The notes under the pieces: model-generated
Databases searched by the model: none
Seen by the model: the letters and a program-made list of their open reading frames with translations, nothing else
What the model was told of the DNA's origin: nothing
Program-made: the position numbers and the translations under genes
In this document: positions 39,026 through 53,183 of the stretch, in pieces
Position numbering within the stretch: position 1 is the stretch's first letter
How the letters are laid out: the number at the start of each line of letters is the position of its first letter
Source: Owenia fusiformis
Taxonomy: Eukaryota
Direction of reading: 5' to 3'
Assembly: GCA_903813345.2 (NCBI GenBank)
Contig: CAIIXF020000001.1
Span: 620,001-684,000, forward strand
Length of the DNA: 64,000 bases

Positions 39026-42000
39026 GTGTCATGGTGCCGTGGCTGCTATAGTGAAGTAGTGAACATCAATAAACTAAAAAGATTTGAAGACAAGTACAAC
39101 AAAAAACAAGAAAATCTAGCCAAAATATCAACCAGTCAACAGTCAGTGCCAGCACTTGAAACAAGTGCCAGTGTTTATCTGAGATCCTCAAATAAGACTA
39201 AAGCAGGGAGAGGAGAAGCATGTATTTTTTGCTCAAAATCTGGGAAAAAGTTAAGAAGGGCTGGTGAAGATGTCAGGAAATATTTGACAAAAATTGCTAA
39301 GTCAAATTCAGAATGGTCAGTGAGGCTACAGAGCACAAACATAGCATACCACCTTGCCTGTTATGTTCAACACCAAAGGTCAGTGTCCTCTCATAAAGGA
39401 GGCAAAGATGATGTCCAAAGAGCATTTTTGCAATCAGTACGAAGTAAACTTGACCAAAGTAGTTCATCTGAGAACAGCATTGACATGTCCTCAGTTGAGG
39501 AAATATATTCCGATGAAATTCGGAAACATGGAATTGATGATATTCAACAACCTCACAGAAAAACAATAAAACTCTTGCTCAAGGGGAGTTTCAAAGCAGC
39601 TTAATAAATCAGAATTGGTGGTCCTCCCAAATTCCAACACACTGGATACAATTAAAGAGACAGCAGACATAGTTCGCAGTGATATTTTACTATCGAGATC
39701 TGATTGGAAATTTCAAGGCTCACTGCAGCAAAACAACATTCCTCAATCACTAAGAAACCTTATCAGTCTACTCCTCTATGGTGATATTGGCAGTAGGGAA
39801 GGAAATGGTGCCTCTTCTGAAGTAATGGTGAAGACACTATGCAACCAAATCATATATTCAGTACAATCTCCAATACAGTCTAAAAATAAAGACTTGGTTA
39901 AACAAAGGCATCGGGTAGAAACTCCATTATCTGTAGCAATAGCAATGAGAATACATTTGACGACAAGGAGTAAAAAGCTAGTCAATTTTCTACATCTTGC
40001 AGGGATGGCATCAAGCTATTATCAAATAAACAGAATCGAAACCCAAATGTGTAATGCAGTGTTGAAAAGGATGACAGAGACAAATGGACTGTACATTCCA
40101 GCAGGTCTGGTGAAAGGCATCTCTGTCGTCATATCAGTTGACAACCTTGACTTTCAAGAAGATACATCAGATGGCAAAAACACATTGCATGCTACTGTTG
40201 TCAACATCTTCCAACAAGAAAATGATGGTGACTCCATACATGGACCTTTATCACTGGATAGTTCTGATGGAAAGGAATTGCCAATTCCAGAGATACTCAC
40301 TGAAATCAATACTGATTGTGAAGTCAGAGAAAAAACACCAGACAGATCCCCCAAATATACAGATCCATATGAACCAAAATATAACCCCAATGGCATTCCT
40401 TTAATGGAGAAGAAAGAAGATGTCAGCTGGGTAATTGGGAGATATCAAACAAGGACAGATGGAGAGCAGTGTATTCAGTCGTGGAATGGCTACAATTCAT
40501 TGATGAATGATGGAAAAGATTCACGTCCTCTCACAAAAAGTTTCATCCTTCCATTGATAAGGGCACCAGCACATAACCATTCCACACTTTTTCATGTGCT
40601 AAAACTGAGCCAAGACATAAACACATTTGTGGTTGACGATGAAGAAAGCAGGACAGTGGTTACCCTTGATATGGGATTGTATCCCAGTGCACTTAAAGTT
40701 CAACAAAACAACCCTGTCTTCAATAAGATCATAATCCGAATAGGTGAGATGCATACAGTAATTTGCACACTTAGGGCAATAGGTGCCTTCGTTGAAAACA
40801 GTGGTCTGGATGACGCATGGGTTCAGTCTGAATTGTATTCCTCAACGACTGTAAGACAGATCCTCGAAGGAAGACACATGAAAAGAGCAATCCATGCTCA
40901 CATTGTTACAAGTGAGGCTCTTCTGAATCTGATGATCGAAGCATTTGTCGAAATAGCTGGCAATATAAACATTGAGACTCTGCAAAATACAGCATCAAAG
41001 CTAAATATAGCTTGCCAGTCTGAGAATCCGCAGTCTGTTCAGTCATCAGCCAATGACTTAGAAAAATTCTGGAAGGACCAATTAGAATACAGTGTCAAAG
41101 AATTCGTAAAGGCAAGAGGGAATCTGATAGTGAAAGCAATGATGCAATATCTGAGGATGGTAGCAACCATGCTTGATTTCATCAGGGCCAGTCGAGAGGG
41201 GAACTGGGCTCTCCATCTATCTTCATTAGAACGCCTCTGCAACTATTTCTTTGCTATGGACAGGTTAAAATATGCCCAATTTGGGCCACTATATCTTCAA
41301 GAAATGAAACAGTTGAAAGGAACGCTGGTATGGAACCAGATGGAGCAAGGCAATTTCTGTGTGAAGAAAACAAAATTTGCATTTACCAGTCTAGGTGTAG
41401 ACCATGCACTAGAACAAGGTAATAAAGAGATCAAAAGTGTTGGAGGTGTGATCGGTATCACACAAAACCCCAAAACCCTCACTAAGCATTTTCTCATTGC
41501 TCCGGAGATGAAAATCCTGGCAAAAGAAGCAGACGAATTGCTTAGCGGTCACTCAGACACCTCAGATTCAAGTCCTTCACTGAAACACCATGATGTATCA
41601 TCGAGTATGACAAAAAACACAGAGAAGAACTTGATGAAACTTATAAATACCCTAAAGGAATATGGAAATCCTTTCAAGGAGGATAATGAAGCACTGACTA
41701 ATATAATGACTAAAGCCATCATAAATGAACCAATAGATGATATAACTGACATGAACCAACCTCTAGATCTTGATCCGGAAAAACAAGGTTGGAAGCTTGA
41801 GAATGACTGGTAGGTTATCCATCAATGTAACAATCTGAGAAGAGCAGATATATTATGACGAAATTGCTGCTAATGTTTTTTTTTATAAAACTTTGGCAAT
41901 CAATTGTTTGCATAATTTTGTTTACTAATGGAATTAAATAGCAATAATAAACCTGTATATTCCATATATTGTTTACAGTTATGCACCAGTAGTGACAAAC

Positions 42001-42189
42001 CTTAAGCCAGCACCAGATGCAGTGCTTGAACTCATCAAATGTGGATGTTCACCTGGCAAGTGCAAAGACAATAGATGCCAGTGCAGAAAAGTTGGATCCG
42101 GACTAGTTTGTACTGAACTATGTGGATGCTGTGGGGACTGTGAAAATACAGAAATATTGGGTGACATAAATGAAGAATCCAATGACTGA
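39026..42189 (+). pseudogene. Academ transposase: ORFs 39026-39604 and 39615-41809, intron 41810-41978, last exon 41979-42189
   Basis: Motifs SVDNLDF..DGKNTLH, VTLDMGLY, RIGEMH and DHALEQGNKEIKSVGGVIGIT. A GT-AG intron joins GWKLEND(C) to YAPVVTNLKPAPDAVLELIKCGC and a Cys-rich CXC-like end. Confidence 0.85.
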
Positions 42190-43994
42190 ATTTACATATA
42201 CAAATTTATTAAAGCCTTGCATATTATAACCCAATGATGGACTAAACCAACACTACTGCTGTGAAGAGGAGATGAAAAGTAATAAGACTATGAGGTGTAT
42301 ACATATGTATAGTGTATTTGAGTAATTTGGTAAAGAATTAAAACAATTGAAATATGAGATTACTTTACAATACCAGTATGAGAAATACAAAAGGCTAATA
42401 ATATGATGTCACAATAGCAAAAATCAGTAGTCAATAAAATGTTCTAACTTTCCATTAAACTTTAAAAATTACAATTAAAACTGAAAAAAGTTTTACCAAT
42501 GTCAGAATGAATTTCTATTTTTATGCCTCTTTCTGTGCTTACAGGTCTGGTTGCTATGGAAACCATTGCAACCAGAAACAGTTTTCCAATTACTGATGTG
42601 TCCATATCTGAATTTCTTAACCAAAGACATCATTGAAACAAATATAGTAAAATTAGCACAGTAACAAGCATTTACTTTGTTGAAATACAATTATTTTCAT
42701 GGGATGGAAAGGAAAACTAAAATGTGAATTTATGTGAATTTATTTGAGTTTGAAAAAGAGCCCAATTCGAGCTATCATGAGTCATGACATCACAATGGCG
42801 AACAATCGATTGTTTAAACGTAATTCCAAGTTTCCTTATTTTTCTTTAATTTCTAGTAATGAGCAGGAAAATGATAAAAACTCTACAATGTACTGCTTCC
42901 TCATGTATTTTATGTCTGTTTCTAAGCTAAAAGTACGATTTCTATGGACACTGTTGCCCCTAGCAACGACACTTAATTTACAGACTGCAACATCAACAAC
43001 TCCAACTAAATAAAATGCACAACTGCCAATTTGAAACAAAACTTGCATAAGATGAGGAAACATTTCAAATAAAAATATATCATAAATTAGTAATTCAAAA
43101 AATTGTGAATGTTATGTTATTTAGATCTATGAAATTGCACTATTGTAGTGGCCCCCTAGTTTCAATCACCCCTGGAACAGAATGGTTTTATTTTCATGTA
43201 GAGTCAGTGCCATAGCTGGAAAGAGCACATCAAAATTAACAAATGTCCCAGACATTTACCTACTTTCGGTATTTTGAAGAGGTAAAAAAGTAATTGTAAT
43301 GTGGAATTATATGTAAATTAGGAAAAATAACAAAATTTGGGCTATTATGACATCACAATAGCTCAAAAATCAATTGTTCACCAAATTGTGTTAAATGACA
43401 AATTCCCCTATTACTTCCCTTTACTTCACAATAAATATTATGAAAAATGATTATAATTAAAAATAATCTACAACAACTTTTGTATTTTTAGGCCCGTTGC
43501 AAGGTAAAATGTGTGGTTGCTATGGAAATGGTTGCCCCTAGCAACAACATTCATGTTACAGATTTGGCAACATCAAAATTCTTATTCAGCACCTCAAACT
43601 CTATAAAGTACACTATGTTGCCAAGCTGTAACAAAAATTTCCCACGAGACCACTTAACAGCCCGGACTACTGTGAGGCATTGCGATTCATGTTGAAATTG
43701 TCATGACTAATATATTATAACATCAAAATGTTGATTGTAAACGTTTTTCAAAGGGTCACACTCCGTTCGCAAAGGCTGCCATCAGAGTTAGTGAAACACA
43801 ATTATTCAGAATCATGGCCATCATGTGGAAATTATATCTTTCGATACATTGTTGAAACTTACCGAGCATAAAAAGGCCTACTGGCTTTTCATAAATAAGC
43901 GTCCCTAAAAATCAACTCGCTAACTAGTTTATGTAGCATGCCTTACAACGAATCGATTCTATAAGAATCCTAAAATGTCAAACTATGAGTTGTA

Positions 43995-44068
43995 TAGGGG
44001 ATGAGTAAGAGTTGTCCAGGGGATGAGTTGTCTAGGGTTGAGTTGTCCAGGGGATGAGTTGTCTATGG
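43995..44068. repeat. Short gggatgagttgtc(c/t)a tandem repeats
   Basis: Four to five ~17-bp units. Confidence 0.7.
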
Positions 44069-44287
44069 GATCATTTGTCTGGAAGCCACTTGAGCCGTCC
44101 ATATTGCATCACATAGATTAACTTCATATCCATCTATCTGTCCAAATGAGCATGATATATGAGGAAACGGCAGAAAACAGACACACATATAAACAAACAC
44201 ACATCGGACACACACGTATACAAGTCGGTATAAGTCGGTGGGGTCGATCTTTTTCGTAAATCCTAGGCACATACGCATGTAGGGAAA

Positions 44288-44992
44288 AGCTGATGACAGT
44301 GACACTACATACACGCACGTAAACACATATATTGTAATAGCTGATGACAATGACACTACACTACACACACGCACGTAAACACACATATTGTAATAGCTGA
44401 TGACAATGACACTACACTACACACACGCACGTAAACACACATATTGGAATAGCTGATGACAATGACACTACACTACACACACGCACGTAAACACACATAT
44501 TGTAATAGCTGATGACAATGACACTACACTACACGCACGTAAACACACATATTGTAATAGCTGATGACAATGACACTACATACACGCACGTAAACACACA
44601 TATTGTAATAGCTGATGACAGTGATACTACACACACGCACGTAAACACATATATTGTAACAGCTGATGACAATGACACTACACGCACGCACGTAAACACA
44701 TATATTGTAATAGCTGATGACAATGACACTACATACACGCACGTAAACACACATATTGTAATAGCTGATGACAGTGACACTACACACACGCACGTAAACA
44801 CATATATTGTAATAGCTGATGACAATGACACTACATACACGCACGTAAACACACATATTGTAATAGCTGATGACAGTAACACTACACACACGCACGTAAA
44901 CACATGTATTGTAATAGCTGATGACAGTGACACTACACACACGCACGTAAACACACATATTGTAATAGCTGATGACAATGACACTACACACA
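44288..44992. repeat. 51-56-bp minisatellite (gtaaacacacatattgtaatagctgatgacaatgacactacatacacgcac)
   Basis: About 13 units; source of the ORFs at 44512-45135. Confidence 0.92.
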
Positions 44993-45841
44993 CCATTAGT
45001 GTGCCCCATGGCAAGTAACAAACAGAAAACGGTAGACAAAAACAAACAAAAACAATTGGACAAACGGAACGTTGACAATTTTATACCTCTAAAGAAAGCT
45101 AAGGGATGCGTAAAAATGTGTTCAATGTTTAACATTCGGCATATTCTTTATTTGAGAATACTTCGTCTCACATTGCACATTGAAAATATCAAAGCACACG
45201 TTTTGTTTTCAACGATGAAATACACGACTTGCACCAAAATGAAAGTTGGGAAAATACATAGTATAGTGTGGTAAAAACATTGGGTAATTTAAAAATCGAT
45301 CGTTTTTTGTCAGATTACAATTTTTTACTTTTCAGCATGAATAGACGGTTGGGATCTGAAAACAACCTGATGCCAGAGCGGCATCCCTGGGCAACTCTCT
45401 ACAAAGCATTTTCCTTATTCCCTAAACAATCCACAGGGGTAGTTTCAAACACACAGTAAAGATTAACAAATTGAGATGTGCTGTTCAAATTAACTGTCTT
45501 GCAGTCTCTTATTTTTGATTATGAAATATGATTAATACGATTTATTATGTCATTATACAATGTACATTAAAAAATGATTCCTGTATTTCATAATGTACAT
45601 CTAATAATGAATAAATATGAATTTTATCTTGGGGGTATGGTTTTCTATAGAGAGTTGCCAAAAGGTGCTGTTCGGGTCTGTAAACCTTCTATTCATGCTG
45701 AAAACATCGATACAGCTTCCAACATTTTCCCAGAAGATATAGTTATGCTGTATGATCGTGGTTGGGTATATGAAAACCATGCGATCCTACCACATAGTTG
45801 TAACTCACAATTGATTTGGAATCCAAGCATATTATGATATA

Positions 45842-46443
45842 CAGGGCGCATCAAAACACAACAAGTAGATTAATCATTATAAAGCTACATTTCTCCTCTT
45901 TCCAAAGATATGACATTTATTTACTTAGGATCATGGTTGGCTGCAAAACCAGTGCATGGGCATAGGTCCTATTTGAAGAAGGTGTGGCAGTTGTGGCCTA
46001 CACAGTTAGTGCTCATACTATACTCATAATCATGAAAGATTACATCTCACACCCCTTCACATGACCATCATTTCTTTGCCCATTGAGGTTGCTTTATCTC
46101 TCCATGTAATTGAGAGCTTCTCGAGTCATCTGTGGGAATCAGATCAAACGAAGAACGACAACCAGCTGTTGGTGATTCTTTCTCGATGTGTTGCAGTCTT
46201 CCAATGGCAACAGACCCATGCACCGACTTTTGTAATGTCTAAAACCTGGTCCAAAACTTATTTTTGCCCACTTTGCAAAAGGAATGATTACTCAGCTAAG
46301 CATCATGTCATGTAAATAAGTGACATACATTTGAAAAGGGGAAAATGTGACTTCATTATACAGTCAATGAAAATGATGCAGTCATCACTGGTTTTACGGT
46401 TTAACGATTTATTTGCTCGTTGCGTAGTTTTTGATACGCACTG
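45842..46443. mobile_element. Tc1/mariner-type non-autonomous element
   Basis: TA|CAGGGCGCATCAAAA ... TTTTGATACGCACTG|TA. Internal EERHQAVG resembles a Tc1 transposase N-terminus. Confidence 0.7.
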
Positions 46444-46707
46444 TATTACAGATGGAAAGCATGATTAGTTTTGGGTACTTAGAAACCATACACAGTGCGA
46501 TATATAGATCAGCTCTAACATATGAATGATTGTTGGTATTTGGAAACATACATACCATGTATCCGAGTACCATCCTTTAAGATGTCCTCTTAACATGAAA
46601 CAAAAGAAATACTAGAGAGAGACTTTAATTGAATTAAGATGTATTTTTCTATATTGATGGAATGTGCAAAAGCGGCTGACAAACTTGCTTAACGGAAAGC
46701 TAAATCC

Positions 46708-47120
46708 TTATTTATTTCGTGCTGGTATAGTGATATATTTGTATATATTTACATGTATTACATACCTAGCGAAGCATTTGTATGGAAGTCAATGGGAAAG
46801 TTAGCGAGCTATATCCACCGATATTGCCCGATTACCCCGATATAGCCCGCTTACCTCGTTTTGATATTAGATTTATTTAATAACCATGATAATATCATGA
46901 CGTCACGTCATTGATACAAAGTAACCATGGGAACAAAGGCATGTAATACATCAGTTATGTCACTATGACGTGAAATATGCCTTCGTTCTTGCCCAAATAT
47001 AGAGCCTCCCAAGGTCGGCCTATATTGGGAGAACTCAGGCATATTTCACGTCATAGTGACATAACCTCTAAATATTTTATACCAAAATATGCCCTTTGGT
47101 GTCCTAGTATTTATCATAAT
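46708..47120. mobile_element. Small hairpin-containing non-autonomous element; boundaries approximate
   Basis: Perfect 29-bp inverted repeat, 46954-46982 versus 47037-47065. Confidence 0.5.
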
Positions 47121-47275
47121 GTAACTTTTGTAAATACTTTTCAGAGACAAAATAAATAAATTCGTTTAAAGAAAAGAGAAACATGTCAAAATGGGACAGA
47201 ACCCGGTGATATATCATCGATTTCTCAAACTAGGAGTGTTTTTGATTCACTAATTCTTGATAAGAATATGCAAGG

Positions 47276-48942
47276 AATATATAAGCACAAATGCCAAAGG
47301 GAAGGGTGACCAAAAACTTTAAAGAAACCCAACAAGAAAAGCAAACTGTAAGTGTAAATCTGTCATAAGAAAAGTAGACCCTATATATCCCAAAACCATA
47401 ATCTAACGTGAAAAGAAACAATGTCTAACATCCCCCTCCCCCCCCCCTCCAATCGAGAACCAATATTACAATCCAGGACCAGAACACCAAGGGACATTTC
47501 ATTCATACTGAAGTCATTACAATACATGTTGAAGAAAAATTGAAAAAATTGATAGCCAATACTCATAACATCAAAAATAGTTGTAGATACTAGTGCTCAT
47601 AAAAGATAGAGTATTCAGTCTCAAATGATGTGGGATAGATAAAATCCAGTCTCGAAGTCCATAGGCAATTCAAAGTTTGATTGATTGATTGTTTATGCAG
47701 TGTTTATCCAAGTTTAATCAACATGTACATAAACAATTAATCCAACAAATTTTTAAGCAAACGTGCCAAATGGAGTACGCCTGTCTAAAGGAAAACTAAC
47801 ACCAACAATCCCAAACAATATTCTAAAGTGAACGGAAAAGTATCATAATAGACACAGTCCGGGACCATAAAACCAAGGGACATTTCATTCATTGAAGTCA
47901 TTACAATACGTAAACATCCATCCGTAAAACAAACGCCATTAGCCATTGAACACAATATTTCACAATGGTCATTAGGAGATATCTATGGCTTATTTCGATC
48001 CATATTTATCAACTTTTAATGACTTAGCCGGAAACTTGAAACTTCAGAATTAGTGATTCGTGTTTCTAAGTGAAGCGGGCGTAGAAAGTTTTTAAATATT
48101 TTACATGTACAGCCTTGGCCTTAGAGTTTTATTACTTAGACTTAATGTCTTGATTTCAAATATTAATATATCATGCCCTGTTGCATCTAATACATAGAAT
48201 ATCACTATAAAAAATGAAGAAATTCATTATATCAGAATTGAAAACGGAACGAAATATTGTTACAGGACACAGAAAGAAAAATAAAACATTCAAGAATACA
48301 CCCTGTTAGAAATACAACCCCAAAAAGTCTAAAGATCTAAGACTTAAAACTGTATTTCCAAACTTCACGTGTATATTGGCAATGAACTCACAATTCTTTC
48401 ACTTGGCACCTTTTGAGGTGGATCCCGGCTATGGCATTAATGGTTGAGAAATAGGGATCGAAACCAGCCATAGTTTTCTCCTGATGACCATTGTGAATCG
48501 TTGTGTTTTACGGATTATGATGACGGCTTTGCGAACGGATGTTGACCCTTTGAATTGCCTATGGACTTCTAGACTGGATTTTATCTATCCCACATCATTT
48601 GAGACTGAATACTCTATCTTTACGAGTACTAGTATCTACAACTATTTTTGATGTTATGAGTATTGGCTATCAAATTTTTCACTTTTTCTTCAACATATAT
48701 TGTAATGATTTCAGTATGAATGAAATGTCCCTTGGTGTTCTGGTCCTGGATTGTGATATTGGTTCTCGATTGGAGGGGGGAGGGGGATGTTAGACATTGT
48801 TTCTTTTCACGTTAGATTATGGTTTTGGGATATATAGGGTCTACTTTTCTTATGACAGATTTACACTTACAGTTTGCTTTTCTTGTTGGGTTTCTTTAAA
48901 GTTTTTAGTTACCCTTCCCTTTGGCATTTGTGCTTATATATT
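47276..48942. repeat. Long inverted repeat with ~400-bp arms (47276-47675 and 48548-48942)
   Basis: Near-identical peptides appear on opposite strands in the ORF track. There is a further partial inner match (~47960-48000 vs ~48455-48500) and a third fragment at ~54950-55130. Confidence 0.9.
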
Positions 48943-49479
48943 TAACAATCACAAAGCCCATCATCAGCCAATGTCCCATATTTACATGCTTATCTTATAT
49001 TGATGCGTGGATATCTCACAAATTGCTATTGTGACTTTTGAAGCTATTGGTCAACAAGCTATACTATACCAACAGAAAATATGTTTGGATACTACTTTTC
49101 TAACTTAGGAAAGAATGAAAGAAGATTAGATCAAATCACGTAGCTTTGAATGACATTAAAGATATTTTTAATGCATTTAATAATACAAGGGGTGATCAAC
49201 AAACAACACAAATAGATCTCAGTTTGAAATAATAGAAGCTTGAACACTAAACTTGACACATTGTATTACCAAAAACACTCATAAATATTTCCAGAAAATG
49301 TCAGGCACAAACATTAATATATGCCAAAGTTATAGTGACCATAGTAACCTGTGGCATGGTTACCTGAAGCAGGTCTTAACTATTAAGCAACAATAAGGAT
49401 TTAGCACCCGGCAACCTAAGTCATGGGTACCTGAAGCACCTGAAATATACAATGTCACAATTTTTTTAATAATCATTTT

Positions 49480-49775
49480 TCATGCTCATAACTAATGCCC
49501 AGTTCGTGTTAAATAGTAACAGTTCCTTCAACCATATTCAACTGTTCTACTTCTTTAATCATCTCCACTGTGTGTCTTCTTCTTGGAGCACCTGTACGTG
49601 AAGCATCTCCAGCAGATCTTCTAGGTTTTTAGGAAATCGTTCTGTAATGTACCATCTGTAGACATTGTCGAGTCCATTTTCATCACCAAATGACTTCGTA
49701 AGCATCTCATACGTTTTTTTGCAGTGACATTTTATTCAAAATACAGCATTATATCAGTTCTCTCTGTCTTCTATG
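49480..49775 (-). pseudogene. Mariner transposase N-terminal (HTH) remnant
   Basis: Frameshifted TAKKTYEMLTKSFGDE..NVYRWY..RF / RSAGDASRTGAPRR..ELGISY, like Mos1-type HTH domains. Confidence 0.55.
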
Positions 49776-50319
49776 GAGATCTGAAGTTTCTAATTCAACC
49801 ATTTTTAGTATGGCTGACTTAACTTTGATTCCTCAATGCCTATGTCTTCTGTCAACCGATAGTTTGGTATCGTCATGTATAATGACAAACCTATTGTTGG
49901 GTGTGTATAATAACATCACAATCATAAGTAGATCATATCAACTAACATAAACTTTTCAGGATTGATTTACACTCAAATGACATCAAATCCGTATGACTTA
50001 ACGGTGTCTTTCAAACTCGTTTTGGACAGATGTTCAATACCTTATTGTTATGATTCACGACCTGCTTAAGGTGCCCATACCACGGGTTGCTATGGCAACC
50101 GTAACTCCGACATTTAAGTAATATTTGTGCCTCAGATTTTGGAAAAAATGATGAATGTTTGGTGATATGATGTATCAAATTTGCTGTTCTAACTTCAATT
50201 AGTTTCTGAGATCTATTTGCGTTATTTGTTGATCGTCCCATGTAATAACACGTCACAAACAATGAAACAAGACACACAGTGATAAATATCGCACTTTGAA
50301 GAGCAAACTGGCCACCATG

Positions 50320-51137
50320 CAATTTACCCAGCATGGCCAAAACCTAATCAGACCTTGGCACTAGTCTGCTCTTGCATCTGTAAACATTTCAAGTTGACAA
50401 GGTTAGCGGTTTTCCTGCAATTTTGATGACAAGAATTTATTTGTAGTCTTGAACTTTGGGAAAATTTAGATAACATTGTTTGTGACCTAATTTGATGACC
50501 TTCGATCTTGAAAATTTCACTTTTTCAGACCTCGATCAGTAGGTCTTTTGTAATTAAGCTGACCTAAATTTAAATCCACAATATCAATTTAGAAAATCAA
50601 CTTTTTGACCTTTTCAAGGTCACTGAAGGTGAACGAAAGGTCAAATCTGAAATGAAAGGACTTCCGAAAACGTGTAGATGTTTTTTTTTTAAATTGGTCA
50701 ATTTGGAGCAAGTTGAAAAATTCAAAATGGCCGCCAAATTGAAAAATTTCAAAATGGCCACCATGTGATTCAGCCAGCATACCCAAAACCTAATCAGATC
50801 TTGGCAATAGTCTGTTCTTGCATCTGTAAAAATTTCAAGTTGAACGGATAAGTGGTTTTCCTGGAATTTTGATGACAAGATTTGTTGAAAAATTCAAAAT
50901 AACCGCCACGTAGTTTACCCAGCATGCCCTTAACCTAATCAGATCTTGGTACTAGTCTGCTCTTGCATCTGTAAAAATTTCAAGTTGAACAGGTAAGCAG
51001 TTATCCTGGAAATTTGATGACAAGATTTGGTTTATGTGCCGCCCGCACGCCCGCACGCCCGCACGCCCGCCCGCCCGCCCGCCCGCCCAACAGCACAAGA
51101 CGACGACAATATAGCACTTTTTCAAAGTGCAATAAAA
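50320..51137. mobile_element. Helentron-associated (HINE/DINE-like) non-autonomous element; left boundary uncertain
   Basis: Three copies of a ~100-bp unit (cctaatcagatcttggc..gatgacaaga), a (GCCC)n microsatellite at 51040-51088, and a terminal hairpin gcactttttcaaagtgc followed by an A tract. Confidence 0.6.
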
Positions 51138-51219
51138 AGTAAAACTAAATGGTGAATTAAAGGTATCTGCCGAAAGAAGAGCATAATTCTATAGGAAAAT
51201 TCAGAAGATGTCGTAATAC

Positions 51220-51278
51220 CTGAAGACGGTGGCTCCCACTTATCGTAACCTTTTAGGAGATCCTTCATAACGTCAGCT
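51220..51278 (-). CDS. Probable N-terminal helix exon of the same Cys-loop channel (59 nt)
   Basis: ttatcattttag|...cag|gtatta boundaries. Translates ADVMKDLLKGYDKWEPPSS(G), matching the family LLxGYDxxxxP motif. Its phase-1 end fits the exon starting at 21218. Confidence 0.7.
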
Positions 51279-52704
51279 CTAAAATGATAACAACATATAT
51301 TACTTTTAATGGAATTTAATTATGTTTTAATATTATTATAATATGATTTTTTATAACTTAAATGATAAAATCAACTGAAAAATAGGAAACATTTTGTAAT
51401 ACAGCGTGTTGCAAATATGAGATTTATGAGAGGAAAATTCCATTCGTTTAAGCATCGAATTATATGGCGATCAAATTATAGAGTTTAATTCAAAAAACAG
51501 AAAAGACGTATCCAATGATACAATTGAAATATATCCAAATCATTAACCTGGTAATGTTCTTTTAAATTGGTTTCATAAAAACAATGTACCTTGTTTTCTT
51601 GTGATGTCTTATTGTGTGATTTTTTGCTTGAGTAAGCATGCCCATTTTGGCAGCCATTAAAAGGAGGACAACAGACGGCCCATGAATCTTCATTATGTGA
51701 ACCTCAGATCCAATGGAAGATACGGCGCTAGTATTCATTCATCAACTACCCTGGAAGAACAAAAAACACATCAGATCGAATGAAGAATACAGCGCCAGTA
51801 TTTATGCATACCCTAAAAGTACAGAAAGAACACATCAGATCATATACAAGAGTGCGTATCCATTTATCAAATACCCTAAAAACTCAGAAAGAACGAATCA
51901 ATCCAACTCACTATATAGATTTCTCATTTCGGTTGATATTTCTGGAAGAGTAAATTATCTTCTAATTTGGATATAAAATAAGATCAAAATAGCCGAGATT
52001 TTATCATTTAGTGATTCTGGTCATTCTCAAGATAGCAGTTGGATTTATCAGGTATGAGTGCTGTGTATTAAACCTCACGTGGCATACAAGGTGTTTGATA
52101 CAGATATATCGAAGACAGTAATGCACTTTATATATACATAGTTCATCAACCGATCAGTTGGTACGATCGGAGCAATACTTATAATTGCAAAACCTGCCAG
52201 GAACTTTGATATGACATAATTAATCAAACATATCTTTCCCTTATGGCATGATTCGACTCATGGTCTTTCGAACAAACAGTCACGTAGCTATTGATATAAT
52301 GCAGAACGTATCAACAACCCTTGACAGGTATACCCACACCCACATATGCTACTTATGTCATTAGTATTGTAATCATCCATTGATGATTTAAAAAAGATCA
52401 AAATATGTTTCTTCACAGATAAGAATATAGTAATTATAATTAACATGCCATCAGCAGGTACCTTAACTTCACAGGGATGTCAACGGTCTGAGAATATATT
52501 TTACACGAGCTGTAGCGCACAGATGAAGGTATATTTATAAATAAATGATAACGTCGATATTCCTGGCCTAGCTTTATCCGTTCATTGAGTTGAATCCGTC
52601 ACTTCGTGCAATAAACTAGTGTTATACTAGTTGAACTTATTATAACAACATGTTATTGTTTTTGTGCCACTTCGTTATCTATGCTGTTATTTCGTTTATT
52701 GGTA

Positions 52705-53183
52705 CCGGATTTTCTCGCATATACTCCCCCCTAAATTTAGGCCCATGGGCCAAAAATCGAATGTAGTACGCTTATACGCCCATGGGCCTATAAAAAATGA
52801 CTATTTATTGATTTTTTCAATAAATTTTGTCACTGGCAGATCGTTCTGTCGTTACTTTGTTTCAACATTAAGTTCAACGCTGTGCCGTAAGTGGCAGTGG
52901 TGGATCGTTCTGTTGTTACTTTGTTTCAACATTAAGTCCAAGGTTGTAGGTGACATTTCCTTTATAATTCTTACAAAACATGCGGTAGGACTACAACAGT
53001 AGGTACGATAGTCTTTGAGGAACCATTGTATTCATCAGCTCTTCTCACCTTTACGCCCACTGGGCCAAAAATCGAAAGTAGTACACTTATACGCCCATGG
53101 GCGAAAAATAAGAGGTAAGATAACAGACGAAATTACCCCTTCTTTCATTTATACGCCCAGGGCTTATATGCGAGAAAATCCGG
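52705..53183. mobile_element. pogo/Tc1-like MITE
   Basis: TA|CCGGATTTTCTCGCATATA ... TATATGCGAGAAAATCCGG|TA, with internal sub-terminal repeats. Confidence 0.8.

Larger units (their letters stand above)
29158..43669 (+). mobile_element. Academ (AcademX-type) DNA transposon, internally deleted, with nested insertions
   Basis: ~520-bp TIRs (29158-~29674 and ~43154-43669), TAGTCCGGG...CCCGGACTA termini, 3-bp TSD CTG on both sides, internal DDE-type transposase and Cys-rich C-terminus. Confidence 0.85.

Noticed and set aside
44512-45135. ORFs of 161-203 aa
   Set aside because: Translations of a 51-bp minisatellite; no link to a splice junction found.
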